The notes under the pieces were generated by a model. That model was not told the DNA's origin, did not search any database, and worked only from the letters and a program-made list of their open reading frames with translations. Position numbers and translations under genes: made by a program. Below are positions 43,495-57,600 of a stretch of DNA of 64,000 nucleotides, in pieces. The DNA is from Schmidtea polychroa (taxonomy: Eukaryota). The stretch's first letter is position 1. The number at the start of each line of letters is the position of its first letter. Location: positions 44,516,001-44,580,000 of the forward strand of contig CM097886.1 of assembly GCA_044892525.1 (NCBI GenBank). The letters are read 5' to 3'.

Positions 43495-46400
43495 AGTGAC
43501 GATATTTAAATTGATTTATTGTTTAAATATTCAGATTTTATAATAAATAGATATGTGAAAATAACGTGTTAGTTTTAATGATTTTGAGTGAAAATGTTAC
43601 TGGGGACCACGCCGAAATCACAGGTCTGACGAGATCACAGCAAAGGCAGAAAATTGTGGAATCTTTGCCAAAGAATATTTAAGATTCAATTTATCCAGTG
43701 ATAAAGAAGTTTTTTGTAGGAAATGAAAAAAATTCAAAGGACATGCTTGTATCTATTGAAGAATCTGTGACGATAAATTCGCTCAATTTAGGAGCAACAT
43801 TCGATTTGTTATTGCATGGAGACGCAAAAGAGTTATGGATGGCCTTTAAGGAAGCACAAAAGACTCCGGCCTCAGATCAAGAGATAAAAAGTTGCTTTAT
43901 TTTAAAATATTTAAAATTCAAAAGTTTTTTGCAAAATATTGAAGATATGAGTCTGATAAAGCAGAGATCGAACGAAAGGTTTGAAAATTTTGTAATCAGA
44001 GTGAGGAAATTAGTGCGCGATGTTCTTTCCGCAAATCAAACAGAAGACAATATTGTCAAGGATATTGTAACAAGACGCATGTATTCAGAAAAAGTTAAGG
44101 ATGCAATTGCAATGAACCCAGAAGTATCTCTTATAGAAATAGAGAAATTGAATGTAAATTTTGAAAATATTTTACATACAGAAGACACCAGAGAGATATT
44201 TGTATTGGCAGATGATAAGTGAAAATCGTTGTATGCATCGGTAACAAGGAATAAAATTCCAGTAAGGCAGAATGTTCAACCATTGATTAGACCATCAGTT
44301 CCTGAGTCTAACCGCTGTCAGTAAAAATAGAAGTTACGAAAATTATGACAATAGACGACATGGTACTGAAAGAAGACGAAGCTCAGAAAGTTTATTTGTT
44401 AATGAGAGACCCAACAGGCCTACGGTTTCTTTGAAACATAATGCAAGACGAGTTTACAACAAAGCGAAAGGATTACCGGAACCAGAATTGCGACCTTTAC
44501 AACCCTGTCAATGTTACTGTTGTGGTGTATCAGGTCATATTCGGAACAATTGTCCTTTAAGCAAGTGCTGTTTAATATACGTAAAAAAATGATCATTTTT
44601 TTACTAACTTCCCTCTATTAATGAGTAATAATACAAGAAGAATTCACTGTATTCAAGAAGAAAATAATTTAGGAAATCTGACTTATTCGTTTGAAGACCT
44701 TAAGAATGATGTCACATCAGAATCTGTAGTAAATGAAATAGGATCGAATACAGGAAGTAATAGGAAAAATGACAAAGACCGTCCTTTAAACGAGATACGC
44801 TCCATGGCAAACATTTCGTCTGTAGAGTCGTTGAATTGAATGTGCAGAATACAGAAAACCAAAATGTTATGATGTTCAAGAAGACGGATAGAAGATGGTG
44901 GAGTTTTGTTCAGTGTTGTGGAATAGTGATTGTGATGTTGTGGGATACAGGTGTCTCAGTTACTGTGATATCAGAGGCCATATGGAGGAAGTGTGGCAGT
45001 CCAGTTTTAAAACCGGTAGATATGGCGCTCAGAGGGGCGTTTGGAAATAAGCCGATATCATGCTTAGGTGACTTTACAACTTCGATTGTTTGGAATGAAT
45101 TGTGTCAGAAAGTGAATGTAATTGTGGTTAGGGATATAAGTCCAAGTTTTGTGGGTGGAATGAATTTGATTTTAACTTTTAAAATAAAACTTGTGCCAGA
45201 TACATCAATTCCATTAATATAGATTTAGATACGGTTGGTGTTAGCTACAGTGATACCGAACGATGGAAAAAAGCGTTGGATGTTTTTGAACCAAATTCAG
45301 ACCCAAAACTGGGGGATTTACTAACCATGTATAGTACGATCTTCATGGCATCAGATTTTGATCTAGGTTGTACTAGTTTGGTTACACTTATTATAAAAAC
45401 GTCTGGAAATTCAATTATTCAAAATCATAGGCGCATGGCAATGCAGATGGAATCAAAAGTGGAAGATATGATTTTGAAATTATTAAAAATGGGCATTATC
45501 AGGAAATACAATAACCCGTGGAACTCGTAGATTGTAAGAAAGACGGATCAATCAGGACGTGTCAAGATTTTAGGAAGATTAATGAAGTTACTGAAAAATT
45601 CAGTTTTCCAATGGCAGATCATCAAACAATATTTGATTCTTTGTCCAGATCTTCAGAGTTTTCGTCCCTAGACTTGAGACGTCATATTATCAGGTACATG
45701 TGGATGAAGCGTCTCAGTTAAAAACAGCGTTTTTTACAAAGAAAGGACAGTTTTGCTACAATCGAATGCCATCTGGATTATCCCTAGCTCCAGCAACTTT
45801 CCAAAGATGTATGCACATATTATTTGATGATATTTTGTATAACGGTGTTGCAGCATATTTAGATAATGTTCTGATATATGGAAAAACTATCGAAGAACAC
45901 GACAGAAATTTGGAGGAAGTTTTCAAGCGAATTAAATTAACAGGATTAAGGATCAATCCTAAGAAGTGTAGTTTTTTAAAGAGTGAATTGATATTCTTGA
46001 GCCATAAAATTTCAGCAGAAGGAATATCTACGAATAGCAATATGATAAAGAGAATTATTGAGGTTGAAATACCGAAATGCAACAAACAACTACGTTCATT
46101 TTTGTAATTAGCAAATTATTATCGCAAATTTGTTCCGAATTTGGCTGAAATAGCCAAACCGTTGTATGGAGCTGAAACATGAAAAAGACATTAAATGGAA
46201 TGACAAGTGTGAAGAAAGTTTCCGAAAACTTAAACAGGTATTATCGAGTGCGCCAATCTTGGCGTATTTAATTAAGGTCGAATACTTTATTTTGGATACT
46301 GACGCGTGTTTTAGTGGAATTGGTACTATTCTAAGTCAAGTTCAAAATGGTTGTGAAAAAGTCATAATATATGATTCAAGACTTTTAAGTGCTCACGAGA

Positions 46401-47982
46401 AAGGATACTGTGTAACTAGAAAAGAACTATTAGCAATGTACGTCCTATATTTTCGGCATTATTTATATGAAAAAACCTTGATATACGTACGGATCATAAG
46501 GCTTTAAAGTTCTTAAAATCAACTTCAAAACCAATAAGTCCACAATTCCAAACATGGTTGAGTGAGTTGTCAGGTTATGATTTTGATTTAAAATATAGGA
46601 AGGGTGAAAATCATAACAACGTTGATGGACTATCGAAGATATTGTTAAGTTATTGCTCACAATGTCAAACTGAACACGAAGAAGGAAAACTTGAGAAGAG
46701 CCTAATAAGATTTTTAAACGTGATTACTTCAAGTAATTTAAATATGCAGTTATATATTGAGAATCAGGAAGCAGATAATTTGTTGTCTAAAATAAAGAAA
46801 TATGTACTAAACCCGAGTCCCGAGATACCTCACTTGATTCGGGATTCGCCTTATTTCAAAAGATTGAATCAGATATTAGTAAAAAACAATATGTTTTTAA
46901 TAGTAAATAATGATAAGCAGAAGATAATAATTTCGCAGAAGATAGCGTCACAAGTCGTACAGCATATGCACAAAGAACTCTGTCATTTAGGAGTTAATAA
47001 AAATACAAATTATATGAACGATTATTTTTTTGTACACACATGATAACCGATATACGAGATATTATAGAAAAATGTGATATATGCACGAGAAGGAAAGTTT
47101 TGACAAGTAAAACAGCTGAATATTTAATTCCTAGGGTAATAATGAACTCGATGGAACAAATCGGAATCGATATTGCTCATATGAAGGAAACCAGAAACCG
47201 TAACCGTTATTTGGTAGTAATAATTGATCAGTTCAGCAAGATGGTTAGTTTAACGCCTACTCCAAACCAAGATGAAAAGACTGTATATCGTGTACTTTTA
47301 CACAATTGGATATACAAATTCGGTGAACCAGCTTACATTGTTTCGGATAGAGGTAAGGTTTTCGAGGGAAGTCAAATCAAAGGGTTAGTTGATAATTTTA
47401 ACATAGAATGGATATTTACTTCGCCTTATGATCATAAGTCTAATGGTTTAGCAGAACGGGTAATACGAACAGTTCGTGATATGATTGTGACATTTTTGAG
47501 TGATGGTCAAATTGGAGGGTGTTACGACAACATTATGCCGAAAATTGAATATTCCCATAACTCAACAACACAGAATTCTACGGGATTTTCGCCAATGGAA
47601 ATACTATTTGGAAGAAAGGTTAATATACATGGAAAGAATTCATTCATAGATATTAATCGAGAACAAGTATTACTGACAGCACAGAATAATGTTATGGTAG
47701 CGGCAGATAAAATGAGATCAAAAGATGCATATAAGAAAAGTCATCGGCATTTCTAGATTTCTAGTAAAAATGGATCCACATAAGAGATCAAAACATGGCA
47801 ATTTGTTCGAAGGTCCTGTAAAGATTCTTGGTTTTCCAACGGAACACCAAGTTGAACTCGAATATCCAGATGGAAAAAGATGCAGAAGAATTGAATGGCT
47901 GAACGAGTATCACAGTTCTTAAAGAAGGGGAGAGTGACGATATTTAAATTGATATATTGTTTAAATTTTCAGATTTTATAAT
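43495..47982 (+). mobile_element. Decayed Ty3/Gypsy element related to the 8248-12812 element
   Basis: 5' LTR 43495-43601 (AGTGA...TTACT); PBS TGGGGACCACGCC; fragmented gag, PR (LWDTG), RT (YLDN), RH, IN; PPT AAAGAAGGGGAG; 3' LTR from 47933 truncated after about 50 bp (2 mismatches to the 5' LTR). Confidence 0.93.
44785..44868 (+). promoter_or_regulatory. Relic -1 frameshift signal (T_TTA_AAC plus pseudoknot)
   Basis: Heptamer 44785-44791 in gag phase; stem 1 44799-44807/44820-44828 and stem 2 44810-44818/44860-44868, each with one mismatch. Confidence 0.65.
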
Positions 47983-48034
47983 TATGAAGAAGAATATGAA
48001 AAGTTTTTGACATGTGTTGATAGTCCTTCAAATT

Positions 48035-48096
<62 letters not shown>

Positions 48097-48116
48097 TTTT
48101 CATATTCTTCTTCATA
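47983..48116. mobile_element. Miniature inverted-repeat element with internal (TA)n, at the break point of the 3' LTR
   Basis: 22-bp perfect IR tatgaagaagaatatgaaaagt (47983-48004 / 48095-48116), including flanking TA; (TA)n at 48038-48095. Confidence 0.75.
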
Positions 48117-48179
48117 TTTAATTTCAAAATTGTACTGATGATTCGCTAAGACCAAGCACATCTAAAATACCTAAAGTTA

Positions 48180-49255
48180 GTGACATGTTATCGTTCATCA
48201 GTAGAGAAGGAGTATCACTTGAGGAAATTATATCGAAATGCGCAGCAAAAGATGATATTCCATTTTGTACAATTATTAAATGTGACGAAATTCGGTGCTT
48301 TGTAAACAGTCGTAATTATAAAATGCCAACCAGCGTATCGACTGTTTGAAAACACGTTTTAACATTTTTCAAAGAAAAAAAGCTGAAACTAAGCACAATT
48401 TAGAAGACCAAATTAAATCATGACAAAAATTTACAATTACGATCGATTAATGGACTGATATCCCTTTAATAAGATATCCTAATGTCACACTGCAATCTAT
48501 TTCGAGTCAAATTGTTTTTGGTTTGGTTCCAATTATAGAAAGCTGCACATGCGAAAAAACCAAAGAATTAGTTTTGAATCGATTGAAATAATTCGGAGTA
48601 GATTTTGATTCTGACATAGTTGCTTCCGCTCACGATGGCGCTAACGTAATGGTAAAATACGGCAAAATCATATCAGCTGAAAGCCAATTATGCTATAACC
48701 ACTCTTTTCATTTAGACGTCATTGAAACCTTTTACTCAAAACATAATGAACTTGGTAATATCGATGCTATCAAAGATGTCATAGAAATTTTAAACTCGAT
48801 GAAGATCAAGCGGAATCTAATGAAATAATAGATGAACTGGAAAACGACGATTTTTACATTCAGAACCAGAAACGGTAGAGCTTCTAAAAACACCTAAAAT
48901 CGCGATAGATGAATTCAGAAAAATTATAAAATTCTTTAGAAAATCATCTTTAAGAAGCGAAATTTTAAAAAAATATACTAGCCAAAATGAGGGAAATTGT
49001 TTGAGTTTGCTCTTAGATATAAAGACTAGATGGAGTAGTTTAGTATTGGCAACTGAGCATGTTTTAAAATTAATAAACTCAGTTAATCGTGCATTGGTCG
49101 AGCTAGGAGTTGTGCCTTATAATAATGATAATATTGAATTGTTAAAAGAAATTGTCTCAATTTTAGAACCCGCAAAAATAGCTGTTTTGGAATTGATTAA
49201 ACAAAATTCAAATTTATTGACTGGAGATGGAACATTAATATTCATATATTCATAA
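48180..49255 (+). pseudogene. hAT transposase pseudogene (same subfamily as 62393-64000)
   Basis: SLEEIISKCAAKDDIPF, AHDGANVMVKYGK..QLCYNH, LDIKTRWSSL. Confidence 0.82.
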
Positions 49256-51971
49256 TATTCATACAATTATGTCGCTTGAAAATAATATTGCTTATATATA
49301 ATTTAATAAAACAATTGGTATCATAATCATTGACAGGACAATTATCATCGCACCGCTATACGAGCTAAATTAAATTGACTATTATGATTTTCAGTGGATG
49401 AAAAGTTCCGTCAGGACGTGATGCACCCAAGGAAGTAGAGTGAACAAAGCGTATGTGCGCAATGTAGTCGGATGGAATCGACATTGTTCCATTCGGATTA
49501 CGTAAAGAAACGACACCGGCAGACTGATGCGTAGGAGAATTTGAGAACTGAGCACTCAGGTGTGATCAAGACCCCAAAAACCACAATTTGGGAACAGGCT
49601 CAATGACTAATTATTACGAAGATTATTAAACGGAAGATCTCAAATGTCAGTTTAATGAAAGTTTACCGCTTCTTTCTTCTCTGAAATAACGAACAAGCTC
49701 GATCTTTGGCCTAATTGATGGTAGGAATACAATCATCAATCTATTAGTGCATTTGACCTCCTTTTTAAATATATACTAATAATACATATAATATGTAAAT
49801 TTACTACTAATAGGAGATGACTTCGGTGAACTTCAACGCTGGTAATATTAAATGGGCTTTTCTACACTAGATCTTAGATCTATTTGACATATGGATATTG
49901 TAAAATAAATATAATAAATATAAATGTAAATATAGCATTGCAAGCAAAAGGAATAAGGTTGATATAGAAATAAATCAGGAGACATCTTAATTGCTTTACC
50001 AGTTTGGAAATTTCAAAGGTGTGACCAACACGTATTGGTACAACCAACCATGTGTATGTTGACACACACCCACTTTCAACTCCAAAACATTTTGATAAAT
50101 TTTACACAATTTATGTGTTTCATTAAAATTTTCTGATTTTGCTCTTAATTATTTACTCTAACACACATACACGCACACAGTCATTTTTCCTACCCCCACT
50201 GTGACTTATATTTAATTAAACTATATAGACTTGTATATTAATTATACTATATAGAATTTGTGTGTGTAATTAATTAAACTATATCATCGTGACCTACTTA
50301 TTTTAAAATCTATAGTCATGATCTACATATTTATAGAACTATATAGTCTTGACTCACTTATTTTATAGTGTCCTGGAGGTGACAAATGTTTTTAGTTGAT
50401 TGACCTACTTTTTTAAACTATATAGTGTGTGTGTGTTTGACGTATATATTTTATATAGTGTCCTGGAAGTGAAAAATGTTAAAAGTTGACTTTACCTGCA
50501 AAAAAACTTAGAAAAAAGCAATCTAATTTCATAAAAAATATTTCGTAAAAACCAAGGGCATATCATGAAAATTCAAAATATTTGATTTGACCTATGTATT
50601 TTTAACTTGACCTACATAAAATTTTAGCTAAATATTTTCAGGGGGAAACTGGTATGGGGAGTGCCGAACAATGAGACGAGTTTAAATATAATAAAAATAA
50701 AGTTGATAGGGTTCATAGAAGGAAATAATTAAAAAAATTAAATTGAGGGCCGACTGTCGAAAAAATAAATAAATTGCCCAAACAAATGGGAACTCCTGAA
50801 GAAAGTTAACAAAAGTAATTTGATGAGGAAATAATATAATTACGAGATGGGTATAAAACCCACCGGCAAGTAAACAGAATTGCCAGTTGGTCGAAGAAAG
50901 AAGATTGAAATTGCCTTGAAAGGGAGTTAGGGGGAATTTAAATTTAATGCTAACCAAATCATTTTGAATCTAATGCACCAGAAAGGGAAATCTCCAGTTA
51001 GAAAATTTATCCCTGCTCAAGATTCAGGTTGAGATTGAAAATTGTGCAAAGTAAAAATATTTATTTAAAGTGGTGCAAACTAAAATTGTTTCATTGAAGT
51101 GTGCAATAAATAAAAGTGTAATTGTTATAATTTCGAATAAATAATATTGTGTTGTTCGATTTGCTTAATAAAATGACACCAAGAAGTCAGACATTGATAC
51201 CGACTTTCACAGAAAATCCAACACTATTATGTAATAGTCTTCAAGTTTTGTCAAAATCCTCCTCAATAGTTAGGGTCCCAGATGAAACCTTAAAGAATAC
51301 CGGGCAAGTAGTTGAATTAACGGACTGTCCGATTCAAAACCGGATACCTGGCAACCGTAACAATAGTACATGTAAAATCAATATTAATTAGAATAAAAAA
51401 ATAATAACTAATAAAGAATTATTATGCAAGAGAATGATGATTCACAGAGCTTGCATAACTAAAGTTTTGCATCATAAACCACAAGTCATAATAACGGAAT
51501 TGTTAAATGAGTATATGTAACGTTTGGTATTTGTAGATCCTAATAAGTTAGGATTTCCTTATGCGACTAATTTGTTGAAAATCTTTCAGCTCATCCCTGG
51601 TGAAGAGTTAGAAAGGGTCAAATTTTAAGGGTTCTGTTGAAATATGATCATTTTATCGTAAGTTTAGAAGTTTTAAAGTGTGGCTTAGGATTTAATTTCG
51701 GTAAACTGTCGACAAGATGCGTTTAAAAAATGTTTTAATTGTCAACAATTTACTTATAAAATCCTCGAGGAATGTGACTATATATACTTGTACATATTGT
51801 GTTATTTTGTTGTTAGGCCTCCCAATTTTAAAGTTTCATTGTCACGGTGTCTCAAAAGACGTTCACGTGAAGCTCATTAGTCCCGATTTAATGGTTTTGA
51901 AAACAATTAACGAAATTCAAAAAAGTTAGATCCGTGTGTTTTCTTTCGTTTTATTAGCTTTTCTTTTACAA

Positions 51972-53734
51972 TGTTGGGCTAGAACCGAGAATCGGGAGCT
52001 TGTTTTAATGAATCAAAAATATATAACAAAAAAAATCGCACCAAGTTAAATTAAGTCACCAACCAATACAAATTAAAGTACATAACACATTGATGATAAA
52101 TAAGATAAATAAAAGAACGCGTAAAAAGGTTGCAATCACTAACACCATTAGGAGAAATATCGCATTCGGAATATCTAACAACTAAAAATCATAATAATAA
52201 TAAATAAAATAATGGGTAATAAATTAATTAATAATATGAAAAATTGTTAAATTAATAAATTTGAAATTTAAAATAAAATATCTAGTAAACTGATAAAATG
52301 ATAAAGGTAGAATAAAAGTAGTAAAATTAGATGAATTATAAAATTTATAAAACCAAATTGTTTAAATCAACGAAACTAAAATAAAACTAACTAAACTCGC
52401 ATTCTAATTGGATATAGTAGCAGAGAATGTGTAGTCGTACAATTCAATCAGTATAAATACTGAGTGAAATTTCAGTTTTAAGAACTTGTTCAACTTGTTC
52501 AATCAGAAATTTACAATTTCACCAGACGTTATCAGGAGCTCTCAATTTTCGGTGTATGCCATCGCGGTAAGGTAAATTTGATTTTTTGTATGTTAAATGT
52601 AATTTTTGTTAAGTTTAATGTTATCAAATTTCTTGAAATAATAAAATTTTTAAATTGAAGTTGTTTTGTATTAATATGGGTATTTTATTTATTTTTCTTT
52701 TGTTGTTTGTTAAGGCTAATGTTAGGTAATTTTATAAATTAATAAAATTTTGAATAGAAGTTATTTTCGTTAATATTTTAATAATAAATATTTTATTTAT
52801 TTTGACTCGGTTATAATTTATGATAATTGTAGTTGGATTTGATTTATAATAAATTTATGTGTCGATGCTCTAGATTCAGTGGAATAGTTGTGAACTGATG
52901 ACATTCATGTCGTTGGTCAGCAGATGTTTCGTCAGTTTGGTCCATCTGATTAGAGGATATAGATATGGATAAGAACGAATGGAGAGTGTAAAGTCATTTT
53001 AAGATAGTTTATGGCCTTGTTTAGGTTTAGATAGTATAGGATGGCTCAGTCACTTTTAATTTCATAGATATCAATGAGTTAGGAGAAATAATAGGATAGT
53101 TATGAACTGTTGTCGGTAGATGAAGTAGGTTTAGGCAATCTTATAGAAACCACCAATAGTTAAGATACCCGATAGTTCAGGATTAGAAATACGGGCAGAT
53201 CCCTGCTCAAATTTTTATGGGGAGTGTGGAAACATGTTTATCAACTTGGGAATAAGGGCAGACCCCTACTCAAATTTTTGAAGAATTAAGCTACATTTTT
53301 CACAAGAACCGCCGAAAATATGGAACGACGTATATCGACAAATATTATAGAAAACCCATAATGATTTACGACAGAAAAATAAGTACGCATCCCTGCACAA
53401 AATTTTGAAGAACGATAGAAAACATCCAGGGATGAGGACCATAGCTGAATAAAATAGAAAAGTAGAAATAGAAAATGATTAATGACGTAAGACCTTCTAT
53501 CGGCCGCCTAGAACCCGAAGAGAAAATACAATGGGGAGTAGTTTTAGCAATAGAGCTCACCTGCTCATTGTTTTTCGCCTTTGTGTACAGTACAAACATG
53601 GTCGTCGCCATGGGTACACAAATGGTTTAAATGACAATAGTCATGGAGGAGCTTAGGAAAGAGTCGAGTGAATACCCATAATTACCCCTAACGTATTTAA
53701 AATTTAAAAATGACACACCCCTAAGTAACCAACA
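51972..53734 (+). mobile_element. Possible long solo-LTR-like sequence (TGTTGG...CCAACA)
   Basis: 6-bp terminal IR, AT-rich U3-like first half and structured GC-richer second half; no TSD found. Confidence 0.35.
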
Positions 53735-53757
53735 TGATTGTTGGGGGCTCAGCCGGG

Positions 53758-53760
<3 letters not shown>

Positions 53761-53825
<65 letters not shown>
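53761..53825. repeat. (TA)n microsatellite
   Basis: Perfect 65-bp dinucleotide run. Confidence 0.98.
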
Positions 53826-53827
<2 letters not shown>

Positions 53828-54528
53828 AATTGCGTTTGTCGGAAAAACACGAACAAATAATAATCGCTCTTACTCGGAAATTTTATGAATTCTAGAACAA
53901 AAAACTAAAAAATAACATAAGCAATGATGAAATAATATAAAGGAGACTTAAAAATGTCAGACGTACCAACCACCCGAAACAAGGACAATTATGAGACAAT
54001 GCATAAAGAAACGAAATCTTAAATCAAACTTCATCGGTACAAGGCAGGCTAGGTAAGAAACAACAGAGTGAATAATAAATAATAGAACATAATAAATATA
54101 TAATTTGAATTAAAAGGTAAATAACAGAATATTAAATAAATAACAAAAGTACTAACAATTAAAGACCAATCAATATAAAATATATATAATGAAAATCAAT
54201 GCACATGGGAAAATTATATACCTCACAAGGGGAAAATAAATTCGAACACGATAAGAAATCAACAACAACTTTTTTTGATTGACGGTTTTACACTTTTGAA
54301 TTTCAATCGAGATGTATTGAGTGAAGTTGACAGTACAATATCAAATAATTGTCTTTTTAAATAATAAATATTCATGTTTTTTCTAGTTTATAAAAAATTT
54401 ATGGTTGCTTATTTATGTTACGATTCGTGTGGTAAAAATTGACAACCCAACGTTGAGATACCTAATAAAGTATAAAATAAAAATAATTACAATTATTTAA
54501 TTAATTAACATCATAATTACAAAATAGA

Positions 54529-54618
54529 TTAATGTGGCTGGCAAGAACTAAAACAACGAGGGTCACATCGTTTACCGTTCACGCCGCATTTACATCCACC
54601 AGAGATATCTCCCCTTCC
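54529..54618 (-). CDS. RBCK1: Paralogue 2 terminal exon
   Basis: attaag|GGA; GRGDISGGCKCGVNGKRCDPRCFSSCQPH*; 90 nt. Confidence 0.9.
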   Translation of the reverse strand, partial: GRGDISGGCKCGVNGKRCDPRCFSSCQPH

Positions 54619-57600
54619 CTTAATAATATTAAAATAAAATAATGTAAAATATAATTTTGAATTAAAATTTGCAAAAATAATGTTTGATGATATGATTAAC
54701 GCTACATTCAGTTAGCATTGCATTGAAAAATATAAAAAAAAATTTCAAAAATTTCAAATCAAAATAAAAATAAGGTGTTAATTATTTTAAAATATAGAGA
54801 AGAGAATTGATGAGCAATTTAATGTAAATTTACCAAATATGTCCAAAGCGCTTAAAGATCCGAAATTTATACCTACGAAATAGTCACACAATTATTAAAG
54901 ACTTTGCCAAAACGAAGATAATAATAAATCGATTGAAATTTCTCAAGAACAAAAATTAATAATGGTTGAAAATCAAAAACATTTGACAACTTGCTTTATT
55001 TTTAAAAAACACCGCTTGAACTTCCAAAAGAATCTGAGATTTATAACCAAGAATTTTTGCCTTTTCAGCAATATTTTCATTTTCTAAATCTTTTTATTTA
55101 TTTCATTGAATTTGATAATTTTATCTTTCATTTCTTCGAAAGATTTCACGCCTTGTAACTTTAAATCTTGTTTCGTTTCTTTATTTTCAATGGCATTTTG
55201 AATTAAAAATACTTTCAAATCGTCTTTTTTTCAGGTTGTGCGGAACTATTATTTTTGTTAACTTTTTGATTTTTAAAAATTTCGTAATCGGATCACAACT
55301 TCTTTGATAAAAAAACAACATTGAGATCACTTGCCAAATTTGATGTTTTTATAAAAGCATTTTGAATTGTCATTTTTGTAATCCATTTCAGGATGTTTGG
55401 TCACATTTCCCAGTTGCTTCCAATGCCAAAAACGCCTTGATAAAAAGGTCTGATAAGTTCAAAAAATTTGTCGGTTTCTTATATAAATTTTTTCACATCA
55501 TCACAAACTTCAAAATTTTCAGGTTGTCAAATAGATTACACCATTGATGTGGTTGCCATATATAAAGATTTTACTTATTCATAAGTAGTTTCAAAAAATA
55601 TATAATTAAAACAAAATAAATTATTCAATGTAATATATGTGGAGAATTTAACTAAATATAAATAATATTTTTAAATACATCTTACAATGAACATTATCAC
55701 TAAGAAAATAATAACAACCAACAACCTTATAAGGCCTATAAAATATATTCCATTATGCATATTTGCAAATTGAAAAATTTTGTCAATAATTTTTGTTTAT
55801 TGATTGAGCAGCAAGTGGAATCGAGCAATTAATTCTTCCGTAGTTCGACAATTTCCTCGATTTTATATTGTTTTACAACTTTGAAAAAAATTCCTCAGAA
55901 AGATTTCTTGATTCTTACCTTTTTTCTTGGTGTTGACCCCACAAGACTCCTTCGATACATAACTCTTGATGAACAACTTATACCAAATTCATCAAGAAAA
56001 ATAATTGTATGGGGTCATTGCATAATTACCTCACGTCAAATATGACCATTTTGGTCACATTTCTGTTGATCCACCCACCCCCATAGTGACGTCATTTTAT
56101 TTTTCACAAAATGAGGGTAGGGATCCATTGCATAATTATTGCATAAAATGACCATTTTTGACACACCCAACCACCCTGTCACTTTTGGTCACATTTCTGT
56201 TGATCCACCCATAATGATGTCATTTTATTGTTCACGAAATTAGGGTAACCTAGTGGTACCATACGGTCATCTAGACTGCTTGGGGGCTTGCTGTAGCAGC
56301 AATAATTGTTAGTCCTCGTTGTCTAGTCAAAGTATCAGAATCACTGTAGCATAGTAGCAGAGTTAGATTTTTGCAATAATAATTCTTGTGGTCCATAAAA
56401 TACAACTAACATGACGTCACATTCAGCTCAACTCATCCACCCACGTTAGGGAGCATCCATTAAGGACGTCCCCCAAAATAAGCACTTTTTGACCCCCTGT
56501 CTCTTGTCCCTTTTCTGGAGACCCCCCGGTGACATTCCTCCGAAAACAGAACTCCCTTATTTTCAGATGAAATTTAGAACATAAAATTATAATATTAGGC
56601 AGATTATTTTGTTGATAGCAATACATAATATTGTTTAAGCTTTAGTAAAAATTGTCCAAATTTAAAAAGAGAATCCATTTTTTAAAACAAAATTAATAAA
56701 GCTAAATTAGGCATCTGTCTTTTAATTAGTAGCCTAAATTATTTCAGTCTAATGTTTACTCGTCCTCCCATGGTGATTGGATAGGTATTAGGCTTAGTCT
56801 GAGGATGTCCTAAGCACTTGGACCCCCTCCCCCATTGTCCACTCTGTAGAGACCCCTCCCCTCCCTCTTAGGGGACGTCCTTAATGGATGCTCCCTTACG
56901 TTTCGTCATGTTTTCAAGGAAATCGAGCGTGATGTAATTATGCAATGACCCATATTTTCATTTTTTAAAACGTAATCTGAACAATACTCTGCTCTTCTTA
57001 TTATCATTTACTCGGTGTTCCGAGCTTCAGGAACTAAAAAATTCGTTTGAATGAAAAATTTAAATTTTCAACTGAATTATTAATCGTGGAATTTGCAACA
57101 ATGATTGAAAAATTTTCAAAAAATCTTATTCTTTAGATCATTTAAAGTAATACTCACATCTTCTTCAATAAACTCTTAAGAATTCATACCCCTACACTCC
57201 AATTTTTGCAACAGATTCAATTCTTTCTTCTTTCTGATAAAGCCTAATAACTGATGTGTTTACATTCAGTTCCAGTTCATTACTTATCTGTTTTGGATTT
57301 TTTGAGTTATTAAATTTGTTTATAATAGTTTGTCTAACATTATTATTAGAATTGAATAATATGCAATTAAATTTATTCCTTTTTTAAAATTAATTATATC
57401 TTAATATCGATGGACTACCTCAGAAATTAAAATTAATTATATCTTTATACCTTAACTTGTGGTATGTGCTTCGATGGACTACCTCAGAAATTTAAATTTT
57501 AAATGTTTTAAATATTAAAAGAAAATTTACTTTTGGTCCCCAGCGGGGAATTTTTAAAATCCAACATAATTCCAATTTGCAATTAGGGCATTTGACCCAA

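Noticed and set aside
54700-55560. Possible P-element-like or other transposase remnant (ETDKFFELI)
   Set aside because: A single weak motif with no termini identified
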